From assembly GCA_963796105.1 (NCBI GenBank), contig CAWCKJ010000004.1, positions 1,408,001 through 1,472,000 of the forward strand: 64,000 nucleotides of DNA, in the 5' to 3' direction. This stretch comes from a candidate division FCPU426 bacterium. Its GTDB lineage: Bacteria > Oederibacteriota > Muellerivitia > Muellerivitales > Muellerivitaceae. Made by a program: the position numbers and the translations under genes. The notes beneath the pieces were generated by a model. That model had not been told where the DNA came from. It searched no databases and saw only the letters and a list, made by a program, of their open reading frames with translations. Each line of letters opens with the position of its first letter. The stretch's first letter is position 1. Below, in pieces: positions 31,201 through 41,672 of this stretch.

Positions 31201-33571
31201 CACATCGACGAACACGAATACGCCGACGGTGACACCTACCGCCACCAATACCAACACGGGGACCACATCCCCGACGAATACGCCTACGATTACCCCGACC
31301 AGGACCTCGACCCCCACGCCAACGAACACTTCAACATTCACGCCGACACCAACGGTGACAAACACGTCCACCAATACGCCGACTAGAACCTCTACGCCAA
31401 CCTCCACGAACTCAGCTACCTATACTAGGACCAGCACATCCACCAGTACCCCGACTCCGACGAGCACGAATACGCCGACGGTAACGCCTACCGCCACCAA
31501 TACCAACACGGGGACCACATCCCCGACGAATACGCCTACGATTACCCCGACCAGGACCTCGACCCCCACTTCGACGAATACCTCAACATCCACGCCTACA
31601 CCAACTGTGACGAACACGTCCACCAATACGCCGACAGCCACGCCGACCAGGACCGCTACTCCAACATCCACGAACACTTCGACCCCGACCAGCACATTAA
31701 CGAGCACAGCCACCAACACAAGGACCAACACGCCGACGGCTTCGATGACGCCTACGGCGTCCCTCACCGCTACCACGACGGTCACGAACACGATGACCGT
31801 TTCGGCTACGCCAACTCCAACCCAAACAAGAACGAATACGCCAACTGTGACGCCTACCGCGACCAATACCAACACCGGAACCCAGTCGCCTACCAACACG
31901 CCGACTATCACATCCACCTATACGAACACCCCGACACGCACCCCGACGAACACTTCAACATCCACACCGACACTAACGGTGACGAACACGTCCACCAATA
32001 CGCCGACGGCAACTCCGACTCGGACATCAACGGCTACTTCTACTAATACTGCCACCTCCACTCCAACTTCGACTTCAACAGCTTCGATGACGCCTACGGC
32101 ATCCCTCACCGCTACCACGACGGTCACGAACACGATGACCGTTTCGGCTACGCCAACTCCAACCCAAACAAGAACGAATACACCGACTAATACTTCCACA
32201 AACACCCCGAGCCCGACCAGCACATCCACGAGCACAGTCACCTATACAAGGACCAACACACCCACTAATACCGCGACTTCGACGAACACCAATACACCGA
32301 CAGTGACTCCTTCCGCCACCAGTACCAACACCGGAACGCAATCACCCACCAACACGCCGACGATTACCACCACCTATACGAACACCCCCACGCGCACCCC
32401 GACGCCCACGCCGACGAATACCTCAACATTTTCCCCGACGCCGACAATGACCAACACACCCACCAACACGCCAACCGGCACGGCAACCAAGACCCCTACT
32501 CCTACCGCTACCAACACAGCTACCCCGACGCACACTTCTACAAATACGATGTCCTCAACACCCACCAACACATTCACGTATACCGCCACGAATACCAAGA
32601 CCAACACACCCACCAATACCGGGACCCCGACGAACACGAACACGCCGACGGTGACGCCTACCGCCACCAATACCAACACCGGAACCCAGTCGCCCACGAA
32701 CACGCCGACAGTCACACCCACCTATACGAACACTCCTACATGCACTTCGACGCCCACACCAACGAATACCTCAACAGCTACACCGACCCCGACTGCCACC
32801 AACACCTCCACTAACACTCCGACTTTCACTTTCACGAATACGCCTTCTTCCACCCCCACAGCGACATTTACTTCAACGAACACTCCTACCAATACAAGTA
32901 CGAATACACCGACGAATACGCTGACTCCGACTGTGACCTTTACTCCGACCAATACTAATACTGGAACCCAGTCGCCCACGAACACGTCGACGGTGACTTT
33001 GACCTACACCCATACTCCGACAAACACGTCCACTCCGACGATGACGAATACGCTGACGCCCACTAACACCTTTACCAGCACCAAGACCAATACACCCACG
33101 AATACAGCCACCCCCACGCCGACCTCAACAAGAACATGGACCAATACCCCGACTGCAACAGCCACCGGGACCCCCACGGCTACCTTCACGGCGACGTTCA
33201 CCTACACGAAGACGCCGTCTTCCACACCGACTTTCACCGCCTCGTACACTCCGACCTCCACCTTGACGGGGACTTCGATCCCAGTTGGCAAGAATAGTGT
33301 GGTTATCTATCCGAACCCGGTTAATGGAACGGAACCAGTGACGATCCAGATCACCCTGAATAAAAGCGAGCCGTTGGTTCGAATCGAGATATTCACATTG
33401 TCCTTCAGGAAGGTGAATGAGATTGACCGCACCCAAGTGCCTGCTGGGGTGACGGATGTTCCGATCCCCCTGACGGACAAGGCGGGGAAGCCCCTTTCCA
33501 ACGGGATCTACTACGTGGTAGTCCAGACGTCCCAGGGCCGCCTCGTCGCCAAATTGCTGGTATTGAGATAA
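28286..33571 (+). CDS. Giant secreted GH30 (xylanase XynC-like) with Ig/DUF11-like domain, Thr-rich stalk and T9SS-like CTD
   Basis: [46 protein letters not shown] near-identical to that of 20700-26279. Confidence 0.87.
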   Translation: MRGSSVNRKLILFLTVGLFGSASATLAGTCTVDTTATNQFIRGFGASSAWHTSAYTTAQATIFWDDAAMNGNSPAGIGLSMLRCRIPPDGSTGEIAVMTQAKGLGCTQIWATEWSAPASMKDNDNVNNGGALLTGSYAAYAQYLLNYAKTCESNGITLMCISPQNEPDMNVSYESGTWTGQQFHDFVSQSMGPTFAGNATKIMITETSKNALLTAGCGVTGDATCSLSDAAAATYISYIGTHLYGSGPMSFTQLQQNPPSGWTREYWETEMMDYNSGAASDDTMTDGLATASLIHKSMADSGMNAYHFWWLVCENSNTNQGLIDYDGATVPKRTWCMGNWSRFVRPGYYRMGATEVPSTGVSVSAYKNNSSTSPATVVIVAINGSTAAVAQTFTFNGVTVTSVTPWLTDSSNNLIQQTAVPVSGNSFSFSLPASCVCSFVGATSSSGSPVPTNTMTRTFTITPTFTPTATTVPPKITLTKTTGGPTSNYSDNGPITMFLNVCNGSGSVTANSVTVTDSITNPLGWSFEGPGYSQWTVTESGAAVTINPTSTAYPNLTWVVSNLPGGACVPVTFIVGSYSVNSADYCNVVTDVGIASWSGGGPVTSNSIAISVVCTTGSTATNTPTRTSTPTVTRTNTATNTATQTPTVTPTRTNTATNTATATPTITSTSTRTNTPTNTATNTLTNTFTGTPTMTATRTNTSTNTATNTATATLTPTRTNTATNTVTATLTNTSTNTSTNSPTFTVTATRTNTSTSTATNTATLTSTSTRTNTSTNTTTSTSTNTPTNTATNTPTPTLTPTRTNTSTNTATNTATLTSTPTRTNTSTNTTTATPTNTQTNTATNTATFTSTATRTNTATNTATATMTNTSTNTITSTATPTLTSTRTNTPTNTSTSTPTSTPSNTSTNSPTYTNTPTRTLTPTPTTTNTATPTLTPTRTNTPTNTATLTNTSSNTPTNTATNTRTNTPTNTATSTNTNTPTVTPTATNTNTGTTSPTNTPTITPTRTSTPTPTNTSTFTPTPTVTNTSTNTPTRTSTPTSTNSATYTRTSTSTSTPTPTSTNTPTVTPTATNTNTGTTSPTNTPTITPTRTSTPTSTNTSTSTPTPTVTNTSTNTPTATPTRTATPTSTNTSTPTSTLTSTATNTRTNTPTASMTPTASLTATTTVTNTMTVSATPTPTQTRTNTPTVTPTATNTNTGTQSPTNTPTITSTYTNTPTRTPTNTSTSTPTLTVTNTSTNTPTATPTRTSTATSTNTATSTPTSTSTASMTPTASLTATTTVTNTMTVSATPTPTQTRTNTPTNTSTNTPSPTSTSTSTVTYTRTNTPTNTATSTNTNTPTVTPSATSTNTGTQSPTNTPTITTTYTNTPTRTPTPTPTNTSTFSPTPTMTNTPTNTPTGTATKTPTPTATNTATPTHTSTNTMSSTPTNTFTYTATNTKTNTPTNTGTPTNTNTPTVTPTATNTNTGTQSPTNTPTVTPTYTNTPTCTSTPTPTNTSTATPTPTATNTSTNTPTFTFTNTPSSTPTATFTSTNTPTNTSTNTPTNTLTPTVTFTPTNTNTGTQSPTNTSTVTLTYTHTPTNTSTPTMTNTLTPTNTFTSTKTNTPTNTATPTPTSTRTWTNTPTATATGTPTATFTATFTYTKTPSSTPTFTASYTPTSTLTGTSIPVGKNSVVIYPNPVNGTEPVTIQITLNKSEPLVRIEIFTLSFRKVNEIDRTQVPAGVTDVPIPLTDKAGKPLSNGIYYVVVQTSQGRLVAKLLVLR
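30130..33275 (+). repeat. Coding (Thr-X)n repeat region
   Basis: Same block vocabulary as the first stalk, plus duplicated [25 protein letters not shown] unit. Confidence 0.9.
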
Positions 33572-33708
33572 TCCGCTTTTTATTCATGCTTTCTTGTCGG
33601 GATTTTCCTCCGTAAACTCCTTCATTTGCTGATATAAATCATCCAATTTAGCGTGTTCAAGCGGTATTCTTTGATCGTCCGGAAAGGGGAGCGGACGGAG
33701 GCAAAAGA

Positions 33709-34095
33709 GTGATTCTTTATCAATACGCTCCCCGGGCGCTTTTTAACGATGTTCTTCATGGGAAAAATCCAGTCTCGTTTGAATATTGGAATCCCTCCGA
33801 TAAAACTCCCCCGCAAGGGTGGTACTTCACGGATATTTCCCCGAGACAATGCAATGTGTTGAATCTCGCTTTTTGTTGGCGAAATGTTTACGCTTTTACT
33901 AAAAATGACTGCTACCTCATGTTTGATGTTCCTGAGCAACTTTTAGAAGGCTGTGGTGAACATCTTCACCACGTCAGTTCATGGGATCAAAGAATAAGGC
34001 TTATGGAGAGCGGAGAAACCCCCAAATGCACACGTGGACCCTGCCTCATGTGCGAAAACATTCCAAAAGTAAAAAAGCTTCTTCGTTTGGGATAA
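33709..34095 (+). CDS. Tox-ART-HYD1-like ADP-ribosyltransferase fold protein (divergent)
   Basis: LYQY...G.YFTDISP resembles the HYD1 LYHYT...GxYFTDI.P signature; Cys-rich tail. Confidence 0.5.
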   Translation: MILYQYAPRALFNDVLHGKNPVSFEYWNPSDKTPPQGWYFTDISPRQCNVLNLAFCWRNVYAFTKNDCYLMFDVPEQLLEGCGEHLHHVSSWDQRIRLMESGETPKCTRGPCLMCENIPKVKKLLRLG

Positions 34096-34402
34096 GACAA
34101 ACATTGTGGTTCATGCCGTGTACCCAATAGACGAATGAATCGGTTGGCCCCGCGACAAATACGGAAAGTCTAAAAACCTATTAAGTTTAGTTTTTCCGGT
34201 TTTTAGGTTCCAGCCGTGTTTTGCGGGTGATTTTTGTTAGCGGTTGATTTAGTCCGAGAGCTTAAATCGGTGGAAAATTCCCTTAAATTTCCGTTTTAAT
34301 TAAGTGATTTCCTATGTTGTTTGAAAAGCCGTGGGAGTTCTGTTGTGGTAAGCTATGGTGCCTGTTCGTGAATTATATCTTTTGAGAGAGGGAGCAACAG
34401 TC

Positions 34403-35263
34403 ATGAAAAAAGCGTTCATGTTTTCCCCTTTGTGTTTTTTAACCGCACTCGTATGGGGCGCATTGACCCCGGTCCAAATCCGGGAAGTTACCCAGGAGTG
34501 GGTCAGTCAGCACAACACCAAACTCACTTTAAAGGTTGAGGATTTCAAACTTGGGTTCAAGGCCTTCCATCAAGGAATGGCCCTTTCTTCTCATGGAAAA
34601 CCATCATTTCCAATGAGCAGGATTTCAACTAGGGGAGCGGAGAGCCTGGGGATACCCACCGAAAAGGATTTTTCTAACGGCGCCTCGGTTAACTTGACAG
34701 CTCTTTATAGAGTAAGCGCGGGCGGGGCTTCTTTCCTCATCGCTGATTACACGGATGAGTACGACGATGTGCGTTCTTCTTCGGATATCTATTTGAAGAT
34801 AGGGCTTGAGTATCATTTGCTCTTTCAAGGAAAAGGTTTCCGCGCTTGCGCCAGGATCATAGGCTTGGGGAAAGATTCCCCGGTTTTCCTAGAGGTGGAC
34901 GAATACGGCGGGGGCAGCCAGTGCGTGAGGACTTTGTATCGCTTGAAAACCGACGCTGTAAAAAACATGGACCAGGATATTTATGACCATGTCATGGATT
35001 TGGATCCGAACAATTACGTCGAGCAAGCCTTGCAGCTCAATGTCTTGCTGGAGGGATTCACGCTTTATAAGGATATGGATCATGACGGTTCCCTGGAAAT
35101 TCTCAATGGCACCCGGGCGGATTATCCGGGAGAATTGAAAATGAAGCTTAAATCCACCTACGGTTTGACCGACAATGACTTGGGAACTCTGTCCCTTAAA
35201 ACCATTTCGGCGTACAAATGGGATGGTTCCAAATTCATCGATCTCGGGGATTATTTTTTGTAA
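34403..35263 (+). CDS. Hypothetical secreted protein
   Basis: Signal peptide, GGAG RBS, DMDHDGSLEI calcium-blade-like motif. Confidence 0.65.
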   Translation: MKKAFMFSPLCFLTALVWGALTPVQIREVTQEWVSQHNTKLTLKVEDFKLGFKAFHQGMALSSHGKPSFPMSRISTRGAESLGIPTEKDFSNGASVNLTALYRVSAGGASFLIADYTDEYDDVRSSSDIYLKIGLEYHLLFQGKGFRACARIIGLGKDSPVFLEVDEYGGGSQCVRTLYRLKTDAVKNMDQDIYDHVMDLDPNNYVEQALQLNVLLEGFTLYKDMDHDGSLEILNGTRADYPGELKMKLKSTYGLTDNDLGTLSLKTISAYKWDGSKFIDLGDYFL

Positions 35264-35305
35264 GACATAGTTTCCTATTTCTTTTGATGTTTCCCGGGTA
35301 AAAGA

Positions 35306-36766
35306 ATGATAAAAGATCCCGGAATTGGCTTTTGCGCGCAAATGTCAGGAATGTTCCCGTGTGGCTCCTGCCGCATTGTCATAGGAATTTTAGCCGCTAT
35401 CTTCTTTTCTCCCCCATTCCTTTATGGTTATCAAATCCTTTTTTATTACAACGGAGCGGATCAACCCGGTTCCGCCGTCTTGAAATGCGCGGATCTTCTC
35501 CGGGAAAATGGGAATCAAGTGACGGTCATCAACGTCAACGGAATAAACAGGGACCCATCGCGGGATAACTGGGGCCCCCCTTACGACCAGGTCTGGGACA
35601 TGAGGTTTGTGGAGAGGGACAGGCCCGGTTGCGGTTACGGATCCCCGGTGGAAGCCGATTATTTTGATAAAAGATGGCGAACCAAGGCCGAGGATTACTT
35701 GGGCCGTTGCGGGCGTCTCTTTATCGCGGGGGAGCATTACCAATTGGCCGACCGCGATGAGGGTTTATACCAGTTCCTGAAGGAAATCCAAGCCGTTAAA
35801 AGGGGTTATAACGCCTGTCCGCCTTCTCCCAGCGGCAACAGCTCAACAGACCGGGAGGCTTTTTACCCTGTCGAAAGCGGTTTTGGGGCTGTTTCTTTTT
35901 TCGGCGCTTACGTGGGGGGCATTCCGCTGGATTTGCTGAATGGGAAGAGCTTTGTGAGCACCAAGACCGGATGGCAGGATTACGATGGGGTGGTCCGGTC
36001 CATTGTATCGGCTTGGGAAGGGGACCAGTTAAACGGGGCGGTCCATTCGGCTCTTTGTGCCAGGGGAAAACTACTCATGGTCTGGGATGCTTCCATGTGG
36101 ACCGTGGATGAACTGCAAACATCGGAGGGGAAGAAAGGGGAAAAGATCCCGATTTGGGATCAGTCGTCCTGGTTTTCCTTGGGCGGTAAAAAGAAGGAAA
36201 GAAAAAGCCTGGACGTTAAAAAAGCCAAGAAATTCACCGGCCAATTTTTCACAGCGGTTTCGAATTGGCTGGGTTACTATGAATGTCCATGCCTATCCCG
36301 CCAAGCAGTGGCAGTCTCGGTAAAAACCGCGGGTCAGACGAATATTCCATTGGCCTTAAATCTTGAATCTGCCAGCAAGTTGAAACCTGAACACTCAGAA
36401 GGGACCTCGTCCCAGACGTCGACGCCGTCCTCTATTTCTCAATCCGGCAAGCCGCTATTCAAAAAACCAGCCGGTTCTCCTCTTGCCCCCCAAACCATCG
36501 TATTCAAGGCACCGCCTGTCAACATTTACATGAGGTTCAAGGATGGACCGGGCGAATATAAACTGGATATCCTCGATTCCCATGGAAACCATGTACGCAC
36601 TTTATTCGACCAAGTCGTTAAAGATTCGACGGAGTCTTGGGCGAGTTGGAATGGGCTTGATGAGGAAGGGCAACTTTTGCGGGAAGGGAATTACACCGCG
36701 GTCTTCACCAAGAGTGGAATTCCATTAAGGGAAATTACCCTTGAATGGTTGTTGCCAAGCCGCTAG
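35306..36766 (+). CDS. Secreted protein with C-terminal FlgD-like Ig domain
   Basis: LDILDSHGNHVRTL...WNGLDEEG...GNYT. Confidence 0.65.
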   Translation: MIKDPGIGFCAQMSGMFPCGSCRIVIGILAAIFFSPPFLYGYQILFYYNGADQPGSAVLKCADLLRENGNQVTVINVNGINRDPSRDNWGPPYDQVWDMRFVERDRPGCGYGSPVEADYFDKRWRTKAEDYLGRCGRLFIAGEHYQLADRDEGLYQFLKEIQAVKRGYNACPPSPSGNSSTDREAFYPVESGFGAVSFFGAYVGGIPLDLLNGKSFVSTKTGWQDYDGVVRSIVSAWEGDQLNGAVHSALCARGKLLMVWDASMWTVDELQTSEGKKGEKIPIWDQSSWFSLGGKKKERKSLDVKKAKKFTGQFFTAVSNWLGYYECPCLSRQAVAVSVKTAGQTNIPLALNLESASKLKPEHSEGTSSQTSTPSSISQSGKPLFKKPAGSPLAPQTIVFKAPPVNIYMRFKDGPGEYKLDILDSHGNHVRTLFDQVVKDSTESWASWNGLDEEGQLLREGNYTAVFTKSGIPLREITLEWLLPSR

Positions 36767-36968
36767 CGGGTTGGCGGAAATGGGAGAAGATGCGGAAGAA
36801 GGAAATACCTGGAAAGTTAGTATTTTTTATCATTTATGGCCGTTTTACCTATAGAAATCAAATATCCACTAGTATCGTCTTTGAATAACTTTCATCTTAT
36901 AATAAAAACCGTTTCTTTTCCCGGATACGATCCGGCTGTAACCAGATCGATTCCTAAAAGGCGAAATC

Positions 36969-38033
36969 ATGGCTACATTCTCATCCGTAAAAAAACGCGC
37001 TTCCTCCTTTAAGGTCACTCTTTTTTTCTTCCTGTTTCTCATCATGTGGTCCGTTCTGGCAGGACGGCTGGTTTGGTTTCGAACCCGTGATTTGAAGATT
37101 TCCCTGATCGTCTTCGGTGTTTCCGCGGCGGTTCTTGGAATCGGATGGTTTTTACTTCAATGGCAGTCCAGGGTGACCTGGTTATGCCGCCTCCAGTTGA
37201 TATTGCACAAGGCCGGGGCCCTTCCCAGCGACTACCGTTTCACCGACGACGCCCTGCCTTGGAATGTGAACGCGAAAACCCAGGATGTGGTCAATATCGC
37301 GGAGCAGGTCGTGCAGGAAAACATCAAAAGCCTGGCCGCTAACCGGCACGCGCTGGATAAGTATTTGGGTTCCCAGGCCTCCCGCCATGCCATTCAAGGG
37401 GCAGGTACGGGGTTCGGGGGCCAGATGCAGATGGTATTCATCCTGTTTTCCGATATCCGGGGTTTCACCCAAATGACCGAGCAGTTGACATCACAGGAAA
37501 CCATGAGGGTTTTGAACCAGGTTTTTTCAGCCTTGGCGACGGTGGTGGAGCACCAAGGCGGGGAGATCAATAAATTCATCGGGGATGCCATCCTGGTTTA
37601 TTTTCACAGGACTCCGGAAAACGAGCGGAAGGAAGCTGAGAAAGTGGTCCGGGCGGCCTTGGAAATGCATGAAAAATTCAGGGTCGTCACGAGTAACAAC
37701 ACCGATTTGAAGGCCAGGAATGTCAGTATAGGCCTTGGAATCGGCATCGTGGCGGGGCAGGCCATCATGGGCAATCTCGGTTCGCGCAATCGAATGGAAT
37801 TCACATTGATAGGGAATTCCGTCAACCTGGCTTCCCGCCTTTGCGGAATCGCCCCCCAGGATGAGATCCTCATCAATGAGGAACTGGCCATGCTGGTGAA
37901 CGACAAATTCCATATTGAATCAAGGCTCCCGGTGCAATTGAAAGGGAAAAAGGAAAAGACCACCCCTTATTGCGTCATGGGGGATTTGAGCAACCGCGAT
38001 GACATTCGAATGGCCACGGAATATCAAATTTAA
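36969..38033 (+). CDS. Membrane-anchored class III adenylate/guanylate cyclase
   Basis: FSDIRGFT, KFIGDA, IGNSVNLASRL; two N-terminal TM helices. Confidence 0.9.
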   Translation: MATFSSVKKRASSFKVTLFFFLFLIMWSVLAGRLVWFRTRDLKISLIVFGVSAAVLGIGWFLLQWQSRVTWLCRLQLILHKAGALPSDYRFTDDALPWNVNAKTQDVVNIAEQVVQENIKSLAANRHALDKYLGSQASRHAIQGAGTGFGGQMQMVFILFSDIRGFTQMTEQLTSQETMRVLNQVFSALATVVEHQGGEINKFIGDAILVYFHRTPENERKEAEKVVRAALEMHEKFRVVTSNNTDLKARNVSIGLGIGIVAGQAIMGNLGSRNRMEFTLIGNSVNLASRLCGIAPQDEILINEELAMLVNDKFHIESRLPVQLKGKKEKTTPYCVMGDLSNRDDIRMATEYQI

Positions 38034-38179
38034 CCGAGTCATCGGCAATGAATTTGGAAACGCTTTAAATACTCGACCCCATTGATTTCCAACTCCAACC
38101 GCTAATACCATCATTCCTAAGCAAGTGGTTAAAAACCTAACCCGGGCATGGGTTTCCGGAATTAATTAAGGGGTCCTCT

Positions 38180-38671
38180 ATGACAGTCTATGATTTCAAG
38201 GCCAAGACAATCGAGGGAAAAGAGCTGTCCCTGAATGACTTAAGGGGGAAGGTACTCCTGATCGTGAATGTTGCCAGCCGCTGCGGTTTTACCCCCCAGT
38301 ATGAGGGTCTGGAAAAACTTCATAAGAAATATATAGACCGCGGGTTCGCGGTGCTTGGGTTTCCCTGCAACCAATTCGGCTCCCAGGAGCCGGGTAGCGA
38401 GGAGGAGATCAAGAGTTTCTGCGACCTCAATTACGGGGTTACTTTCCCCCTTTTCACCAAGATCGACGTGAACGGGGATAAGGCCCATCCCCTATATAAA
38501 TACCTGGTCAATTCCCAGCCGGGAATCCTCGGGACCACTTCCATCAAGTGGAATTTCACGAAATTCCTGATCGACCGGCACGGGGATCCCGTGAAACGTT
38601 TCGGTTCCGCTGACAAGCCTGAGTCCCTAGAAAAGGAAATAGAGGTTTTGTTAAGCCAGGACGACTTATAG
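38180..38671 (+). CDS. Glutathione peroxidase
   Basis: NVASRCGFTPQY, FPCNQF, KWNFTKFL. Confidence 0.95.
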   Translation: MTVYDFKAKTIEGKELSLNDLRGKVLLIVNVASRCGFTPQYEGLEKLHKKYIDRGFAVLGFPCNQFGSQEPGSEEEIKSFCDLNYGVTFPLFTKIDVNGDKAHPLYKYLVNSQPGILGTTSIKWNFTKFLIDRHGDPVKRFGSADKPESLEKEIEVLLSQDDL

Positions 38672-38729
38672 GGTGAAGCAAGCCAGCCAAATCATGGCCG
38701 GGTTTTCCCGATATGGGTGCCCCGTATTA

Positions 38730-39269
38730 TTAGGGAAATTGGTGGCGGATGACCTTGCTTTGGAATGATTCCTTTCCCGCCCCTACGTATAATTCCCCCT
38801 CTGAGCGGGTGATTTCCCAATGGTTGTCCCTCTCTAATACTGCCCCTAAGGCGTTCAGGAATTTTGAATCCAGCGAGTACAGTTCGATCTCCTCCAAACG
38901 ATGGACCTTTTCATCCATGAACTGCCGTGCCAGCATTTGCGCGTCTTTGTGGGTGTAGATTTTTACCTCTTGGGAGGATTTCATGGCTTTGTGGATTCTT
39001 TTGGCCGCAGGATTTCCTATGTCAATCCAAAGGTCCAAGTTCCCGGTCAGACCCGTCACCCGAAGGGCGGGTTCTTCGGGGGAACTGATACCGGGGGAGA
39101 ATTCCAGGCCATTCCGGTATTCAAGCGCGTATGCCAATATCCGAGTGATAAAGAAAGGGATGGATTCGGAAGGGTGCATAGCCGCCCTGAATTCCAGGAT
39201 TTGGTAAAGATTGCGGTCCACGTCAGAGAGGCCGATTGTAAAACGGTAAAGGGTAGAAGTTAAGCCCAC
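38730..39269 (-). CDS. yaeQ: YaeQ family protein
   Basis: LSDVDRN.Y...AMHPSE...RILAYAL...EPAL...WIDIG.P. Confidence 0.9.
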   Translation of the reverse strand: MGLTSTLYRFTIGLSDVDRNLYQILEFRAAMHPSESIPFFITRILAYALEYRNGLEFSPGISSPEEPALRVTGLTGNLDLWIDIGNPAAKRIHKAMKSSQEVKIYTHKDAQMLARQFMDEKVHRLEEIELYSLDSKFLNALGAVLERDNHWEITRSEGELYVGAGKESFQSKVIRHQFP

Positions 39270-39573
39270 TTTAGTTTCCTTTCATATTTGTCTGGGATAA
39301 GATACCAATTTGGATGGAAAAGGCGGAGAACTATTGGTTCAATAGTTCGCGGTAAAAAAAGTCATTCTTAAAAACTAATTTGGATTAATGGAAATATTCC
39401 GCTGAGGGAATAGTCCAAATAATAATGAATTAGAAATGATTGGAAAACAGTTGAAAAAAGTCCCGCAAAGCAGCCTGCGACCCCAAAGACACCGCAAGAA
39501 TCGCGGGGTTTCCGCAAATGTTGTCGACTGAATATTCCGTTTCGGGAACTTTTTAAGCGCACTTTTAGGATTT

Positions 39574-41505
39574 TCACCCAACGATAATCAAATCGGCCGA
39601 AACGGGAAGACGACTGGCCAAGTTCTTCAACATGCGGCCTCTGACCATTCGCCAGAAAAAAGTGCGTTTGGAACTGCCGACAAAAACATGGGCCACGCCA
39701 AGGGTTTTTGAGGCCTCGGCAATTGAAAAGCCGGCGTCCTCTGCCATACGCCAGATGGGGATGCCGTTCATTTGGTGCTTGTGAAGTTCCGCGCAGGATT
39801 CAACCAGAACCTTAATGGCATCCGCGGAGGGTTTCACTTCCTGGGGTAGGAAGAGTCCCGGCATTTCATCAACGAATACTAAATAAATGTTCTTGCGGTT
39901 CAAACCTCGCGCGTGAACTGCGGCTTCCAACAACAACTTGGAATTTACTTGGCGCAATGCAACCAATATCGGCGATGATTCAATAGAACTGGCTTCTTTC
40001 GCTTCCTCCAAGGTTAAAATATTGTTGGCTTCCGGCAGGTCGGCAACTTCAGATTCGGCTTTGGCGAAGACTTCCACGGCTTTGCGGGCTGCACCCACAC
40101 GATGCCAGACGCCTGCCAGCACGATTACCGTCGCAAGGGTACCGCCGAACAACAACGCATGAGGTTTATGAACCATGTTGATGAACCAAGCGGCCAAGAG
40201 GGCAAGGGTAGTGAATACCCCTGACCAGAACTTGAATCCCCGGGTTCCATCCCGCCACCGAAGGCGGTCGATGGCAATGGAGGACAAGGAAAGAGTGCCC
40301 AGAAGGCCGAAATTATATAGGTCGCCCAGGGCGTCCACGTTGGCGCGGGTGAGAATAATGATAAGCATGGGAACCGCCGCCGAGGCGATGATTGAAAAAT
40401 AGGGGGTTCCCAGCACGGGGTGGCGCTTGCGCAGGAAGGAAGGTAGAAAACCCAGGTCTGACAAGCGAACATTGACATGATAATTTCCCACGATGGCGGT
40501 ATTACAGGCCATGAAGAGAAGGGCCGAAGCGGCTATTACTACCGCGATGCTCAGCAAATGGCCCCCCACGGCGAAACCCAATGCGGACAAAAGGGAATCA
40601 GACTGGTTGTCCTTCACTTGGGCGGGCAGAATATAAAGGGCCACAGCCGTCATGGGGGAAGTGATGAGGGCGATAGTGCCAATAACCCACCACATCGCTT
40701 TACCTGAGGTTTTTTTGACTGGGGTTTTCATGTTACCCGATATCTGCGCCACCGATTCCAACCCCGAATAAGCCAGCCATGTGGTCGCATATCCTATGGC
40801 TAGGGAACTGAAGGACAATTGGACCCCTGGATGGGTAATGCTGTTGAGAAGCCCTCCCCAACTGAGGCCGGGCCTAGTGGCGATGAAAAAGAATGCAGAT
40901 CCCAAAAGTAGGAAAGTAACTACGATTTCCACCGAAGCGAAAGAAGATGTGACCGAGGCTGATTCCTTAATGCCGACTAAGTTGATCAAAAGAAGGACCA
41001 GGAATAAGATAAGGGATGCAGTGATAACTAGGTCCTTGGTACCGGGCACGATGCTTGAAAGGTAATAAAGACCTGAGACCCCGGAGATGGCTGAAGTGAG
41101 GAAGTAATCAACTGTGATGAATGAGCCCCCGACCAACGGTAGAAACTCGAAGGCGGAGAAAGCCTCCCGGGTGATTGAGACAACGCCGCCGCCATCAGGG
41201 CAACGTTCGCAGATTTCGACGTATTTAAGGGCGATTGAAATAAAAACACCAGTGGTGATGAACTGGGCCAGTGTGGCAAGGTTGCCGATGGAACCATAGA
41301 GGATGCCCGGGGTGTAGAAAACCGAGGTGCCGATATCGGCGTAGACCACCGCAAAAACCAGCGCCCATCCTAATTGTTGGACTTTGACTGTAGGCGGTTT
41401 GGAAAGGGAAATCGGAATAGCCTCCAGCGGACGGGGCTCCACGTGGGTTTCGCCTAAATTCTCAATCATCTTTTGATTAGGCTCGCCATTTATTATAGGG
41501 CACAT
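39574..41505 (-). CDS. APC-family amino acid permease with C-terminal USP-like domain
   Basis: YADIGTS, GGG, YSGLES, TP..SI; ~12 TM; C-terminal USP-type VGSS...L...P...IIVG. Confidence 0.82.
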   Translation of the reverse strand: MCPIINGEPNQKMIENLGETHVEPRPLEAIPISLSKPPTVKVQQLGWALVFAVVYADIGTSVFYTPGILYGSIGNLATLAQFITTGVFISIALKYVEICERCPDGGGVVSITREAFSAFEFLPLVGGSFITVDYFLTSAISGVSGLYYLSSIVPGTKDLVITASLILFLVLLLINLVGIKESASVTSSFASVEIVVTFLLLGSAFFFIATRPGLSWGGLLNSITHPGVQLSFSSLAIGYATTWLAYSGLESVAQISGNMKTPVKKTSGKAMWWVIGTIALITSPMTAVALYILPAQVKDNQSDSLLSALGFAVGGHLLSIAVVIAASALLFMACNTAIVGNYHVNVRLSDLGFLPSFLRKRHPVLGTPYFSIIASAAVPMLIIILTRANVDALGDLYNFGLLGTLSLSSIAIDRLRWRDGTRGFKFWSGVFTTLALLAAWFINMVHKPHALLFGGTLATVIVLAGVWHRVGAARKAVEVFAKAESEVADLPEANNILTLEEAKEASSIESSPILVALRQVNSKLLLEAAVHARGLNRKNIYLVFVDEMPGLFLPQEVKPSADAIKVLVESCAELHKHQMNGIPIWRMAEDAGFSIAEASKTLGVAHVFVGSSKRTFFWRMVRGRMLKNLASRLPVSADLIIVG

Positions 41506-41628
41506 TATCTGATTCCGCGCGAAAGTTTTTTGCCCATCCGTGAACCCTTTAATCGAAACTAGGAATAAGTCGCGTAATTACCAGAACTCCGTCTTGTTAA
41601 ACTTTAAAATCCAAAAGGAGTCAAAATA

Positions 41629-41657
41629 AAGCCCCCCGTAGAATCTACGGGGGGCTT
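41629..41657 (-). terminator. Rho-independent terminator after glnA
   Basis: AAGCCCCCCGTAG/CTACGGGGGGCTT stem with T-tract on the minus strand. Confidence 0.8.
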
Positions 41658-41672
41658 GGTCGTCACCCGATA

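Noticed and set aside
22898..33201. Long Val-rich minus-strand ORFs
   Set aside because: Antisense shadows of ACN Thr codons in the stalks
6095..38671. Selenocysteine in the two glutathione peroxidases
   Set aside because: Both have Cys codons at the active site and no in-frame TGA
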